This document shows positions 1-9,801 of a stretch of DNA of 64,000 nucleotides, piece after piece; the stretch's first letter is position 1, and each line of letters starts with the position of its first letter. The notes beneath the pieces are model-generated. The model saw only the letters and a list, made by a program, of their open reading frames with translations, was not told the origin of the DNA and searched no databases. The position numbers and the translations under genes were made by a program. The stretch lies in NCBI GenBank assembly GCA_030637655.1, contig DAOWGI010000007.1, forward strand, positions 1 through 64,000. The letters are read 5' to 3'. This DNA is from a candidate division FCPU426 bacterium (GTDB lineage Bacteria; Oederibacteriota; JAAXVQ01; JAUVAV01).

Positions 1-1222
1 CTTTGTCAGCAACCACTTTTTTTCTGGGCCGACCCCGTTTTTTTGCTTTCTTCTCAACTACCTGCTTAACTTTTTTCTTTCTTTCACGGCGCTTTTTCGG
101 TTTTTCTTCTGTGATTTCTGAGGCAGAAGCATCTGCGTCTGTGCTCTCACCAGTGCGTGGCGGAACTTCCGGTGTTTAAAGCACTTCATAGTTCCAAGGC
201 TCGCCAGTGGTTGCGGCTGGTTTAGTTTCTTCACTCGGTATGCTTTCTGCGGGTGTTTCCGAAACTATTGGCTTATCCGGTTTAGAGGACATCACCGGTT
301 CTTCTGACTCACTGGTACTGGTATCAAATCCAGGTATAACCGGTTCATCCGCATCTTCAGGAATAGCCTCTCCTTCAGTAACAACCGACGGCTCTTCTTC
401 AAGTATTTTCCTCGGATTAAATTCTTCAGCCTTAGGTATTTCTTCCGCTGCGCCGGGCGGTTCACTCTCTGCCATTACCGGTGGTTCTTCTTCCAATACT
501 TTGCTCGGATCAAACTCAGCAGCAGGCGGCGGCTCGTTCGACAATTTCGCGGTTTCGCTGTCTGGTATGACAGGCGGTTCTTCGACCGGCATTTCCGGCG
601 TTTTGCTATCCGGCATAACAGGAGTCGTTTCTATTAGCATATCCTCGGTTGTATCTGCTTCTTTTGCTTCTGAAGCAGGATACATAGGCAGTGGCGCTGT
701 GTCCCAGTTTGACTCCATTTCTGAAGGCAATTCTGAGATAATCTGATCCACTTCACTGGTTGCTGCTTCTTCAGCAGGAGGCAAAGTGTCTGCTGTATCC
801 GCTGCAGACACTGGTGTATCATCCAACTGAAGTAATTTGTTAGTCTCAGCAGTTAAGGAGGCTGCCATACCCTTGGCTTTATTGGATAAATATTTATAAA
901 TATCATTAAACGCTGATTGGATATTTTCCGGCATGGCATATATTTGTGTCATGCCATCCATCATAACTTTGGTTTCCGCGACTTGTTCTAAGGTAGGATT
1001 ATCAATATCATAACCGCGTTCCCAAAAAACGGCTCCCATAAATCCATCAATATGCGAGAAGAGACCTTCAGCATCCTGCTTCAGGCCCACATCAGAATCG
1101 CCTTCAGTCTGATTGATGCTGCTAATTAATACATATGTAGAGACAATGCCATCTTTGACTTCAACCGGTGTTAATTCTGACTTCGCCAGAATTGCTTGAA
1201 GCCGGTCTACATATTCTCGCAT
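1..1222 (-). CDS. Acidic Pro/Glu-rich hypothetical protein; ORF 176..1222 plus an open in-frame continuation past TAA (176-178) to the window edge
   Basis: GGAGG RBS upstream of 1222. Low-complexity EEPPV repeats. The frame after TAA reads TPEVPP...KKRGRPRKKVVADK with no stop. Confidence 0.65.
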
Positions 1223-1507
1223 CCAACACCCTCCGTAGGAAATACAACCACTCTTATCTTATTACATCCCCCTTTTTCATGCAACATTTGATTGCAAATT
1301 CAAAACAAATTCCAGCCACTGATGCACACGGATATACACGGATAAAATCCAAATAACCGGAATGATGAAAAAGCCCCTAATAAAAATACCACAGGCTCAC
1401 CCCTGTGGTATTTTCGTCCTGCTTGTCCTCGTTTTTCAAGAGAACTATTCGCCTGCTGCGTAGCGTCCTAGTGTCGTGTCTCACAAGTACTTGGAATTTA
1501 TATTTTG

Positions 1508-1596
1508 TCATTCCGGCATGCTTTCAGCCGGAATCCATGAATTTATCAGTAAAAAAAACAATACTTTTCTGGTCCCCGGTTTTCACCGGGGTGACG
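1508..1596. repeat. GTCATTCCGG.../...GGGGTGACG paired palindromic repeat (REP-like)
   Basis: GTCATTCCGGCATGCTTTCAGCCGGAAT and CCCCGGTTTTCACCGGGGTGAC hairpins. Related arms occur at about 42441-42620. Confidence 0.5.
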
Positions 1597-1630
1597 AACA
1601 ATACCTAAAAGAAACTAACTGCTCAAGCTC

Positions 1631-2149
1631 CTAGGGAAAAATAATTTCAATCTGCTTATCACTTAATTTGGTTATTTTCAAATTTGTATTATAATGAATA
1701 CCCACACCTTTCAACAGTCCAACTGCAAAATCAATCAGACCACGATTGGAGGTATAATCAAAAATTAGAGTCTTATCATCCTTCCAAGCATAACTAAATT
1801 TGGGTGGATGGGCGTTCTCCAGATTCGAAGTCATGGCTTCATGCACTTTATCCATACTTAGAATAAAATCTCTGGCATTATCAGTATTTTTATAAAATGA
1901 GGAATAATATTTTTGCGAGTAGACATTGACCCAGTAGTCACCAAATGCATCTGCTGCTTGCTGTAAAGTAATCCCCAGAACATCGCAAGTGGCTTGCACT
2001 GCTTCTATTACTTTTGCATCCGGTACATCCGATATGGGTAAAATCACTCTTGGCATACCCTCCACTTTGGCTGCAACGGCTCGCCATTTATCCACACCAA
2101 ATTTTTCTTCCACTAATTCCTTTAAACATCTCAAAATTGTGCCCTTCAT
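1631..2149 (-). CDS. H-NOX (heme NO-binding) domain protein
   Basis: Starts MKGTI; proximal His (DKVHEAM), conserved Pro (HPPKF), YxSxR motif (YTSNR). Start re-placed at the ATG at 2149. Confidence 0.9.
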   Translation of the reverse strand: MKGTILRCLKELVEEKFGVDKWRAVAAKVEGMPRVILPISDVPDAKVIEAVQATCDVLGITLQQAADAFGDYWVNVYSQKYYSSFYKNTDNARDFILSMDKVHEAMTSNLENAHPPKFSYAWKDDKTLIFDYTSNRGLIDFAVGLLKGVGIHYNTNLKITKLSDKQIEIIFP

Positions 2150-2364
2150 GCCTTTACCCCCATCCCTCACAGATTAAATACGCGTTGTAATGCTCGGAAA
2201 AAGAATACTCCTAAAATTTACTAAATGCAATAAAATTTGTTTTATTATTATTGCATTATTAATATTTATTTTTAATTACTGTTGGCTTTCTTAGCTCTGC
2301 AAAAATAACCAACATAATGATTTTTATTTCCACAATATGCTTTTTTCTATATAATAACTGCATT

Positions 2365-2784
2365 ATGAAAAATAAATTTATACAATATATATATATCATC
2401 GCCGGCTGGTTTTCCTTAAGTGTGGGTATTATAGGTGTCTTCTTGCCCATCCTGCCCACCACACCTTTCATCTTATTAGCTGCCTTTTGCTTTTCACGGG
2501 GATCTGTAAAATACCACCGTTGGCTACGCCAACATCGCTATTTTGGAAAAGCAGTGCGAGATTGGGAAACCTACCGAGGAATGCGTATACCTGCCAAGGT
2601 AATGGCTACTGCCCTCCTCTCAATTCTATTCTCAATATCTCTGATTTTCCTGGGTTTGCCGGGTTGGATAAAAATTAGTTTACTTATCATTGCTCTAGCT
2701 GTGCTTATTTATATTTGGAGTTTACCTACTCCACCTACAAAAAATGATAGTACCACAATCCTACAAAAGAACCGGGTGGCCTAG
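2365..2784 (+). CDS. YbaN/DUF454 family inner membrane protein
   Basis: GIIGVFLPILPTTPFILLAAFCFSRGS signature. Probable start at 2365. Confidence 0.9.
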   Translation: MKNKFIQYIYIIAGWFSLSVGIIGVFLPILPTTPFILLAAFCFSRGSVKYHRWLRQHRYFGKAVRDWETYRGMRIPAKVMATALLSILFSISLIFLGLPGWIKISLLIIALAVLIYIWSLPTPPTKNDSTTILQKNRVA

Positions 2785-3040
2785 AGCGGTCACCCTACGT
2801 CTATTACAGTATACTCATGCGCGGATCTTCTTCGCCTACAAAATCTACTGGTATTTTCTTGAAAATCTTGCTATCATTTTTTTTTTGCCGGCTTATGATT
2901 TCCTCCTGGTGGGGTGTGTTTTTTAGTCACCACTTAGTCTATGCCGGCTTTTTTAAAAATTTAAATCCAAAATCGCGAACTTTAATTTACACTGCTGCCG
3001 GCAGAAAAAAAATACATTTCGTCAAACAGGAGAATTGTAT

Positions 3041-4078
3041 ATGCCCTCCAATAGCGCGAGTAGTAAAAAACCCAAGAAACCCCGGACTCAAAAAACACCC
3101 TTGCCGGAAAACGAATCCAACACGCCGAAAATAATTGCAGCCAAACCAATCATGAACAAGCCAAACGCAATTTCGAAAAAATCCATAACTAAAATTCTGG
3201 TTCTGGCAGGAATTGCTTTTCTGGCTCTGGTTCTCGGATTTCAAATGACCGTCATGATTAAAGCCATGACAGACAAACAATATGCGTTGGTTTTGGAAAC
3301 CACCTACGGCACGCGAGAGGACCGAAGCAGTAAGGAATTTTTTAACGGATCCCGGGTCCTACGAACGGATGGGATGAATCGTCTTTATTTAGTGGATCCG
3401 GATCTTAAAAAAATATTGGTTTGGGACACAAACGAGAAGACCCTTGTTATGTCCATTGATCATGCCAGGGTGGAAGAAAAAGCATATAATCCTGGCGATG
3501 TAGCAGGCGATCAACAAGGGCATATTTATGTTTTGGACAATGGCAAAAACCAGATCATCAGATTATCCGCTGAGGGCAAACGTGAACATCACTGGCCGGC
3601 GCTTCATTATCGCAGTATTGCCATGCTCCCCAACGGAACCCTGGCTGCCCTGGATGCCGGAAAACACCAAGTCGTTATTTCGGATATGAATGGCAAAGAA
3701 TTAAGACGGTTTGGCAAGAAAGGTGAAAAGAAGGGACAGTTTGTTGGGCCGCTGCGATTGACCACAGATGCGCAGAGCCGAATTATTGTGCTGGACGCCA
3801 AATTAAAACGCGTACAAATATTCAGTGTCAAAGGAAAATTACTATACGTTTGGCCAATTGACTTTACTCCTTTAAACATTACTCCGATTGAAGTGTATGG
3901 TGATCAAATTGTAAGTGTTGACTATAGGAATAATAAAATTTGCTTCTATTCGTATAAAGGCAAGTTAAAGAAAACCGTGGCACGACTATATCCCGGAACA
4001 TTTACAGTAGATAGTAAGCAACGGATTTATATGCCCTATGCGAAAGGACTAGGCAGTTATGTGCTGAAAGAGCAATAG
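3041..4078 (+). CDS. Membrane-anchored NHL-repeat beta-propeller protein
   Basis: One N-terminal TM segment; repeats such as PGDVAGDQQGHIYVLD and GEKKGQFVGPLRLTTD; AGGAG RBS. Confidence 0.8.
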   Translation: MPSNSASSKKPKKPRTQKTPLPENESNTPKIIAAKPIMNKPNAISKKSITKILVLAGIAFLALVLGFQMTVMIKAMTDKQYALVLETTYGTREDRSSKEFFNGSRVLRTDGMNRLYLVDPDLKKILVWDTNEKTLVMSIDHARVEEKAYNPGDVAGDQQGHIYVLDNGKNQIIRLSAEGKREHHWPALHYRSIAMLPNGTLAALDAGKHQVVISDMNGKELRRFGKKGEKKGQFVGPLRLTTDAQSRIIVLDAKLKRVQIFSVKGKLLYVWPIDFTPLNITPIEVYGDQIVSVDYRNNKICFYSYKGKLKKTVARLYPGTFTVDSKQRIYMPYAKGLGSYVLKEQ

Positions 4079-4089
4079 GGACGCTTAGA

Positions 4090-4755
4090 TTAATAGCCTT
4101 CAACAGCATTGATGTATTTAGAATTCTTATCCGGCCGCAAAGGCATGGAATTGAGCAAAACCTGGGCCACTGAACGGCACTCCGCTGGAAATTTTACTTC
4201 CACCACACCTGTCCAAGCACTGGTTTGTAAAGAACGAGGCCAGATGGTCTTTCCTAGTAATCTCGCATGATGTAATTTCGTATCGACCGTAAGCCGTATA
4301 GGTTTTTGCCGGAAAACATAATATTCACGATGATATTGATTCAGTACCTCAGGCAGATAGCTTGTATCCAACCATGGTTTGAATGTAAAAGGGAGTAAGG
4401 CACGGAGACGCTGCGTCATGGAATGCATTGGTTGCAAAGGAAAGGCTCTGGTTTTAAAAACATGAGTCAGTTTAGAACTGAGAACGCCGGCTTTGCGTTT
4501 TACTTCAAACTGCAGATAATCGACCGGCAACTCAGAATGATACCAACGCAGCCGGCATTTGAAACGATGTGAAATCCCACCTAAGTTGTCATTAAAATTG
4601 GCAAGTTCCGGTGTGTCAAAATAGAGTGAATGGACTTGCCGGGACGGGTAAGCGGTTTTAAAATCCAGGCCCGCATGTTTGTGCCAGAGACGAAATTGAT
4701 GCAACTGTTCATGGGTAACTGGAAATTTGATTTCACAACGGGTTAATTTATTCAT
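4090..4755 (-). CDS. VTC-domain (polyphosphate polymerase, CYTH-like) protein
   Basis: RxExKF N-terminus, SLYFDT, RFKCRLRWY, FEVKRK, YHREYY, RLTVD, VEVKF and SKY motifs. Confidence 0.85.
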   Translation of the reverse strand: MNKLTRCEIKFPVTHEQLHQFRLWHKHAGLDFKTAYPSRQVHSLYFDTPELANFNDNLGGISHRFKCRLRWYHSELPVDYLQFEVKRKAGVLSSKLTHVFKTRAFPLQPMHSMTQRLRALLPFTFKPWLDTSYLPEVLNQYHREYYVFRQKPIRLTVDTKLHHARLLGKTIWPRSLQTSAWTGVVEVKFPAECRSVAQVLLNSMPLRPDKNSKYINAVEGY

Positions 4756-4759
4756 TTTA

Positions 4760-7423
4760 CTATTTATCCTTTTTCATGCGCTCGGACTGATATAGTGCTT
4801 TGACATTTAATGCTTGTTCCGGCTGTTTCTCGCCCTCTAACCACAAATTGCTGCCATGTTGACAAATTGCCAATTTTTTATACTGCTTTGCTGAGGTGTT
4901 GAAAATCTTTAGCTTACTGGGACCAAAACCGGCTTTTTTTTGATAGGCCATGTAGACCGCTCCAGCGACTTCTTGAATATTACTGTTTCGCAGAGTAACA
5001 AAAGATTGATCTTTGGATGCAATAGCTGTTCCCGCCTGGGCTATAGAGATGTTCTGACCGAAAAAAACGGATCTCTCACCAACGGAGATGCCTTTATCAA
5101 AAATATTTCGTAACGTGATATGCGTGGCAGTGACTGTGCTGCCGCTGGTATCAATGGCATCACCTTGAATATTGGTGAATGTGCATTGCATAATTTTTCC
5201 GATCCCAAAATCAATATCCAAAGCATCGGATTCGGTCTCGTCAAACACTGTGTTGGTTAATGTAAATTGACTACGAACAATATTAAGTCCGTCTTCTGCT
5301 TTGATATGACGAAACGTGCAATTGCGGATTTGAATTGGACTTTCGTGAAAAGTCACTGCTCCGGTAAGCATCCAATCATCTTCTCTGGGTTCTCTGATTT
5401 TTTCAAAAATTACATGCTCTAGCAGCGAATGTTGATCACGGGCATTGAGAACCGCGCATCCAGACCAGAAATCCGAGGCAGCAGTTAATAGAATAGGTAA
5501 TTGTGCTGTGCCGCGCGCTTGTATCGCTCCGCGAACAACCAGACGTTTGCCAGAGGCAAAACGCAATGTCGTCCCCGCAGAGAGATATAAGGTATGCCCG
5601 ACAGGGATAACCAGATGGTCATCAAAATTCCAATCCCCTGCAGGTATGGTGCATTTGTTCTGTTCGCACTGGATAAACGAATAATGACTTTTCAGAAACT
5701 GAGGGTCCAAAGTTTGATATTTAGCTTTTTGAATAGCAGCCTGATATCGCCTGGCTACAAACGTTTGATTCGCATTCAGTGCGTTCAAGGTTGCCGATAC
5801 AATATATTTTTTGTTCCGGTTCTTGCCCAGCGGTGGAACATCGATGCGAATATAGTCTTCATAGGCAATATTGGGAGAGATAATCTTAAACTGGGGCGGG
5901 ATGGTAACTTCAGTAGTGAAATTTTTAGTACGCAAAGCAATTTGGATTAGCTTGACCTTGCGGCCGGAAGTGTTGAAAAATTCCAGGTAGGTGCGCTCGC
6001 CGTCTTCAATATAATAGACCAGCAAAAATCCCGGGAAGCGAACATTGTCTTTAATGACCGGGAAGTGATACACTTGTGGACCGCGCCAGGGGATGCGGCG
6101 CAGTGGACCCAATTTGTCTTTGAGATAAGGAGCTCGAGTTTTAAATTTTTCGATGTTACCAGGAATGGTGAACGTTGGATTTTTGCCTTTAAAATATTCC
6201 GGGACTTGGGCAATCAGCTCTTTTTCCCAGCCGGCAATCCGATCGATAAGAGCGCCGCTTTTAGTTTCTTCTATAAAACGCTCTACCATAGCCCGAACGG
6301 TTTTTTGATATTCTTCTGAGCTATACACGTCGCAAAAAGAAACACCAACAAACCAAGCACCCTTGCTGCCAAAGATCAGGTTATTGTCAAAATTAAAAGG
6401 TTCGAACAAACGCGTGATGGGGTTGTAATAAAACCGGATGTTGCGCCACAACGCGCTGTGATCGCATTGCCAGAGGCTGATGAGTGCGTGGTACTTGGCC
6501 ATATAGTACATATCGAATATTTCAGAAGAATTAAGATAGCCGTAACGGTATCCACGTAGCAGCTGTAATGCTTCCCTGTACTGTGTGGTTAAAAAAGGAC
6601 TCTTGAATACTATTTTCTCTTGAAAGGTTTTGAACGAGGAGCGTTCTTGGCCGATATCCATAGGGCCTTCGGCTAGTTTGGGGTCCTTTTTGGCTTTTAG
6701 ATTTTCAATATGCTGACGCCAGAGGTTGTCCTCGTCAAACGCCATGACCACACTGTCTCGCCGTCCTTGGCTCTCGATGAGCTCTTTGCATAAATGCTCT
6801 TCCAGGATCACTACATTGACTGGTAAATCGTTTAGAGAAAAATAAACAAAACGTTGTTCCGGTGCTAAAACTCCATTAAAACGCATTTGGCGCAGCAGCA
6901 AACTTTCCAAATATCCATGACGACATAAAGGTTTTAGTATAGAAAATTTCCGCATACCCAATACCGCAGAGCCTTTTTTGGGGGTAATTCGCAGGGACCA
7001 GGGATATTCCCCTAAGTGATCCGGGGTGGTGTCTCCTTTTAAGCGGACCTTGACCGGGATAAAGGCCGGCTCATCATTGACATAGAGTCGTGCTGGAACT
7101 TCATCGCCAGGTTTAGTAATCAAGACCTCAACAGCCAGGGCTTTTTCCCGCTTCGCTGCTAATTTTTGCATGTATTGCGGAGCGATATATAATTTTAAGT
7201 ACGGACGGCCGGGCTCGATTATATTGCGCTCATTAACCAGATTGGCTGTAGCTAACGGGTTTTTTTTAATGGGTATCCAGCGTTTTGCGAGAATGATTAG
7301 GTTGTATTTCTGTAATACAGGGACCTTACCCAAGCCAACACCCAGACAGAAAAAAACAAGTGCAAGGGATATTTCTTTCGTATATTTGCCTAGGCTGAAT
7401 AACTTCATGTGTGATCCTCCCAC
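4760..7423 (-). CDS. CotH-family kinase with C-terminal right-handed beta-helix, N-terminally anchored
   Basis: VKVRLKGD..H...SLRI, EE, DH..WRNIRFYYNP..FEPFNFDN; C-terminal EDGLN/SDALDID/GDAID/DKGISVGE beta-helix repeats; N-terminal hydrophobic segment. Confidence 0.75.
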   Translation of the reverse strand: MGGSHMKLFSLGKYTKEISLALVFFCLGVGLGKVPVLQKYNLIILAKRWIPIKKNPLATANLVNERNIIEPGRPYLKLYIAPQYMQKLAAKREKALAVEVLITKPGDEVPARLYVNDEPAFIPVKVRLKGDTTPDHLGEYPWSLRITPKKGSAVLGMRKFSILKPLCRHGYLESLLLRQMRFNGVLAPEQRFVYFSLNDLPVNVVILEEHLCKELIESQGRRDSVVMAFDEDNLWRQHIENLKAKKDPKLAEGPMDIGQERSSFKTFQEKIVFKSPFLTTQYREALQLLRGYRYGYLNSSEIFDMYYMAKYHALISLWQCDHSALWRNIRFYYNPITRLFEPFNFDNNLIFGSKGAWFVGVSFCDVYSSEEYQKTVRAMVERFIEETKSGALIDRIAGWEKELIAQVPEYFKGKNPTFTIPGNIEKFKTRAPYLKDKLGPLRRIPWRGPQVYHFPVIKDNVRFPGFLLVYYIEDGERTYLEFFNTSGRKVKLIQIALRTKNFTTEVTIPPQFKIISPNIAYEDYIRIDVPPLGKNRNKKYIVSATLNALNANQTFVARRYQAAIQKAKYQTLDPQFLKSHYSFIQCEQNKCTIPAGDWNFDDHLVIPVGHTLYLSAGTTLRFASGKRLVVRGAIQARGTAQLPILLTAASDFWSGCAVLNARDQHSLLEHVIFEKIREPREDDWMLTGAVTFHESPIQIRNCTFRHIKAEDGLNIVRSQFTLTNTVFDETESDALDIDFGIGKIMQCTFTNIQGDAIDTSGSTVTATHITLRNIFDKGISVGERSVFFGQNISIAQAGTAIASKDQSFVTLRNSNIQEVAGAVYMAYQKKAGFGPSKLKIFNTSAKQYKKLAICQHGSNLWLEGEKQPEQALNVKALYQSERMKKDK

Positions 7424-7434
7424 ACGCTCAACAC

Positions 7435-8094
7435 CTAGCCTAGTAATTGGTTTTTATTAATCACTGCGAACCGCGCTTCTTTTTTCAATTTCTGTATGGT
7501 CTGGGTTACTTGATCCAACACAGCTAGGGTTGTGGGCTCGAGGTAATAGGTTGCTGACAACCCTTTATCGTGCTCTTCAAAGCGACGAAGTTCACAAGCA
7601 ATTTTGCTCGTTTTGATGGTTTCGGTTAATTTAGCAAGGGTTAATTTTTCGCTTTTGCCAAGAGGAATTTCAATATCCAAAAAGACACCTTTTAGGTCCT
7701 GCTTTTTCCGTTTGAAACTTAGTAGAATCAGTAGAATACACAGCACTACAAAACAGATGGATGTTATGGCAACTTGCCCTGCTCCCAATCCCAAGCCAAT
7801 TGCAATAGCGACAAACAAGTAGGTTAGTTCTTCCGGATCTTTGATTGGAGTACGAAAACGAATGATCGATAAAGCACCTACCAGTCCCAAAGAAAGTGCT
7901 AAGGAAGACTTAATAACACTGATGACTAATACCATCGTTGGAATGAGCAGCGGAAAGATGATCGAATATTGCGATTTGTCGCCCAACAAGGAAGAATATT
8001 TATTAATTACCCAACTTAAGATAAAAGCATAGACAATAGACAATCCTAAGTATTTTAAAAATGTAATGATTTCAAACGTAGTTATTTCTGGCAT
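7435..8094 (-). CDS. DUF4956 membrane protein (MgtC/SapB-like)
   Basis: SLALSLGLVGALSIIRFRTPIKDPEE signature and multiple TM segments. Confidence 0.85.
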   Translation of the reverse strand: MPEITTFEIITFLKYLGLSIVYAFILSWVINKYSSLLGDKSQYSIIFPLLIPTMVLVISVIKSSLALSLGLVGALSIIRFRTPIKDPEELTYLFVAIAIGLGLGAGQVAITSICFVVLCILLILLSFKRKKQDLKGVFLDIEIPLGKSEKLTLAKLTETIKTSKIACELRRFEEHDKGLSATYYLEPTTLAVLDQVTQTIQKLKKEARFAVINKNQLLG

Positions 8095-8396
8095 TGGAAT
8101 AACCGCTCCTTTATCATTGGTTTGCTTTGTAGTTTGACATTAAATAAAACAGAAACACATTTCCAGCACAAAAGACTTAAAAGTGTAGCATTTTGTCGCA
8201 TATTTGACATTAGTTTTTTGGGTCTTTTGGCTTTTTTCGCGAAAATCAGCAGTTAGAAGTCAGAACAACCTTTAATAAGCAAGGCCTATCAGTGTGGTTT
8301 GTTTTATGCCCTCATCCCGGACTTGCGGCAGAAGTGATTTTCGTCAATAAAAATATTTGAGGATTTGTTAAATCAAGAAGATGGATATCATTCGCA

Positions 8397-8801
8397 TTAT
8401 TTTGTCATTATCAGGCTCAAATCCACCTGCAAAACCCCCACCTGGGCACGGATCGCATCAGCCAGTTTCTCAATTTCGCGAGCGCGGCCATGTACTGCAA
8501 TTATCTCCAGACAGTGCACATGGTCCATATGCACATGCTGAGTAGAGATGATCAGCTTCTGGAAATCATGCTGCACATCGAGGAGTTTATTGACTAAGTC
8601 CCGTTTATGATGGTCATAAGTCATGACGATTGCTCCGGCCACAATGCCGTCGCCGGCTATTTTTTTACGGGTCAGGGACTCACGAATCAAGTCTCGGATG
8701 GCTTCAGAGCGATTCTGGTAGGCACTATTATGAATATGGCGGTCAAACGCATCAATCATTTTCTTTTCCAGCGAAACACCGAAACGGCAAAGTCTAGACA
8801 T
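8397..8801 (-). CDS. nikR: Nickel-responsive regulator NikR
   Basis: RHH N-terminus (RFGVSL...NRSEAIRDLIR), YDHH and HVHMDHVHCLE. Confidence 0.92.
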   Translation of the reverse strand: MSRLCRFGVSLEKKMIDAFDRHIHNSAYQNRSEAIRDLIRESLTRKKIAGDGIVAGAIVMTYDHHKRDLVNKLLDVQHDFQKLIISTQHVHMDHVHCLEIIAVHGRAREIEKLADAIRAQVGVLQVDLSLIMTK

Positions 8802-8887
8802 AGCTACATACTCCTTCGATCTATTTGAAACCGACTGATTCTCACTCCACCTCTACATCGTTGATCGGGCGAACATACCCGAAAGAC

Positions 8888-8912
8888 GGGCGAACACAAG
8901 GTTCGCCCCTAC
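8888..8912 (-). repeat. GTAG-REP (GTAGGGGCGAACCTTGTGTTCGCCC) downstream of RAYT
   Basis: Identical to copies at 9159-9183, 9203-9227 and 9549-9573. Confidence 0.9.
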
Positions 8913-8917
8913 GGCAT

Positions 8918-9544
8918 TTATTTTATTATATTGTTTTCATCCGCGTCCCATTTCACCGGATTCTCAACAATATATTCGCGAATTTCTTCTAATTCACGTT
9001 CTGTCCGTATTACGCGTTCGTAATAATTGCGTTGCCACAAGCGTTTGTTGAATTCAGACCATTGATGATTATTTACGCCTATACTGTATTCATGCGTTGT
9101 GATTGATTTGAATCCCTGAATGACCCTACCCAACGAACATTCTTTCGTCCCACTCAACGGGCGAACACAAGGTTCGCCCCTACGGCATTTTAATTGATTG
9201 TTGTAGGGGCGAACCTTGTGTTCGCCCGTCAACGATCTATCACCGCAGGGAAAATTTTTATGATCGCCCGGATCAATAACAACAATCCCGTGCAAATGAT
9301 TGGGCATAATCACAAATTCATCCATCTCAACGAACCCGAACCTTTCCGGCAATTCACCCCATATCCTCCCAACCATTCTACCTGCATCATTCAAAAGCAT
9401 GTTTTCTTCTATTACATCACCCAAATAACTTTCCCGTTCTTGCGTACAAATGGTCACAAAATAATAACCTACCTGCGAATAATCATATCCTGACAAACGC
9501 AATGTCTTTCTTTGTGGCAACCCAAGCATAATTGTCCTCCCCAT
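8918..9544 (-). mobile_element. REP-associated tyrosine transposase (RAYT/TnpA-REP, Y1 HUH)
   Basis: RLSGYDYSQ..YFVTICT, MPNHLHGI (HUH), LWQRNYYERVIR and REYIVENP (catalytic Tyr). Flanked by REPs. The start may be ATG 9529 (GGGAGG RBS). Confidence 0.92.
9159..9269. repeat. Intragenic REP doublet plus a degenerate third REP inside the RAYT gene
   Basis: 9159-9183 and 9203-9227 form an inverted pair and 9245-9269 is degenerate; translated as GDHKNFPC, GEHKVRPY and RRGEPCVRP. Confidence 0.9.
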
Positions 9545-9548
9545 ATGT

Positions 9549-9739
9549 GTAGGGGCGAACCTTGTGTTCGCCCGCCAGACACGGCGTTCGCCCGTCCATT
9601 TGGGTTAGACAATCAAAACGGATTTTACTTTTAATAATTATTTCAATTTCGGCTCACCGGCATTTTCGAACTCCAAAACTTCGGGCGCACTCAGTGCGCC
9701 CCTACGACCTCGGCAGGGCGAGCGACAGCATGCCCCTAT
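9549..9739. repeat. REP cluster upstream of RAYT
   Basis: REP at 9549-9573, GGGCGCACTCAGTGCGCCCCTAC at 9683-9705, degenerate copy at about 9716-9739. Confidence 0.85.
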
Positions 9740-9801
9740 ATTTCACGCAAACAAAAAGCGAACATGTTGGTTAAATTTTTTTGCGCTTTGCGCTGGTTTG
9801 G

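Noticed and set aside
176-178. Genome-wide stop-codon reassignment
   Set aside because: TAA, TAG and TGA all terminate conserved genes normally elsewhere in the window.
207-746. Antisense ORFs (also 18243..18665, 33875..34762, 37859..38842)
   Set aside because: Shadows of real genes on the opposite strand with no independent signals.
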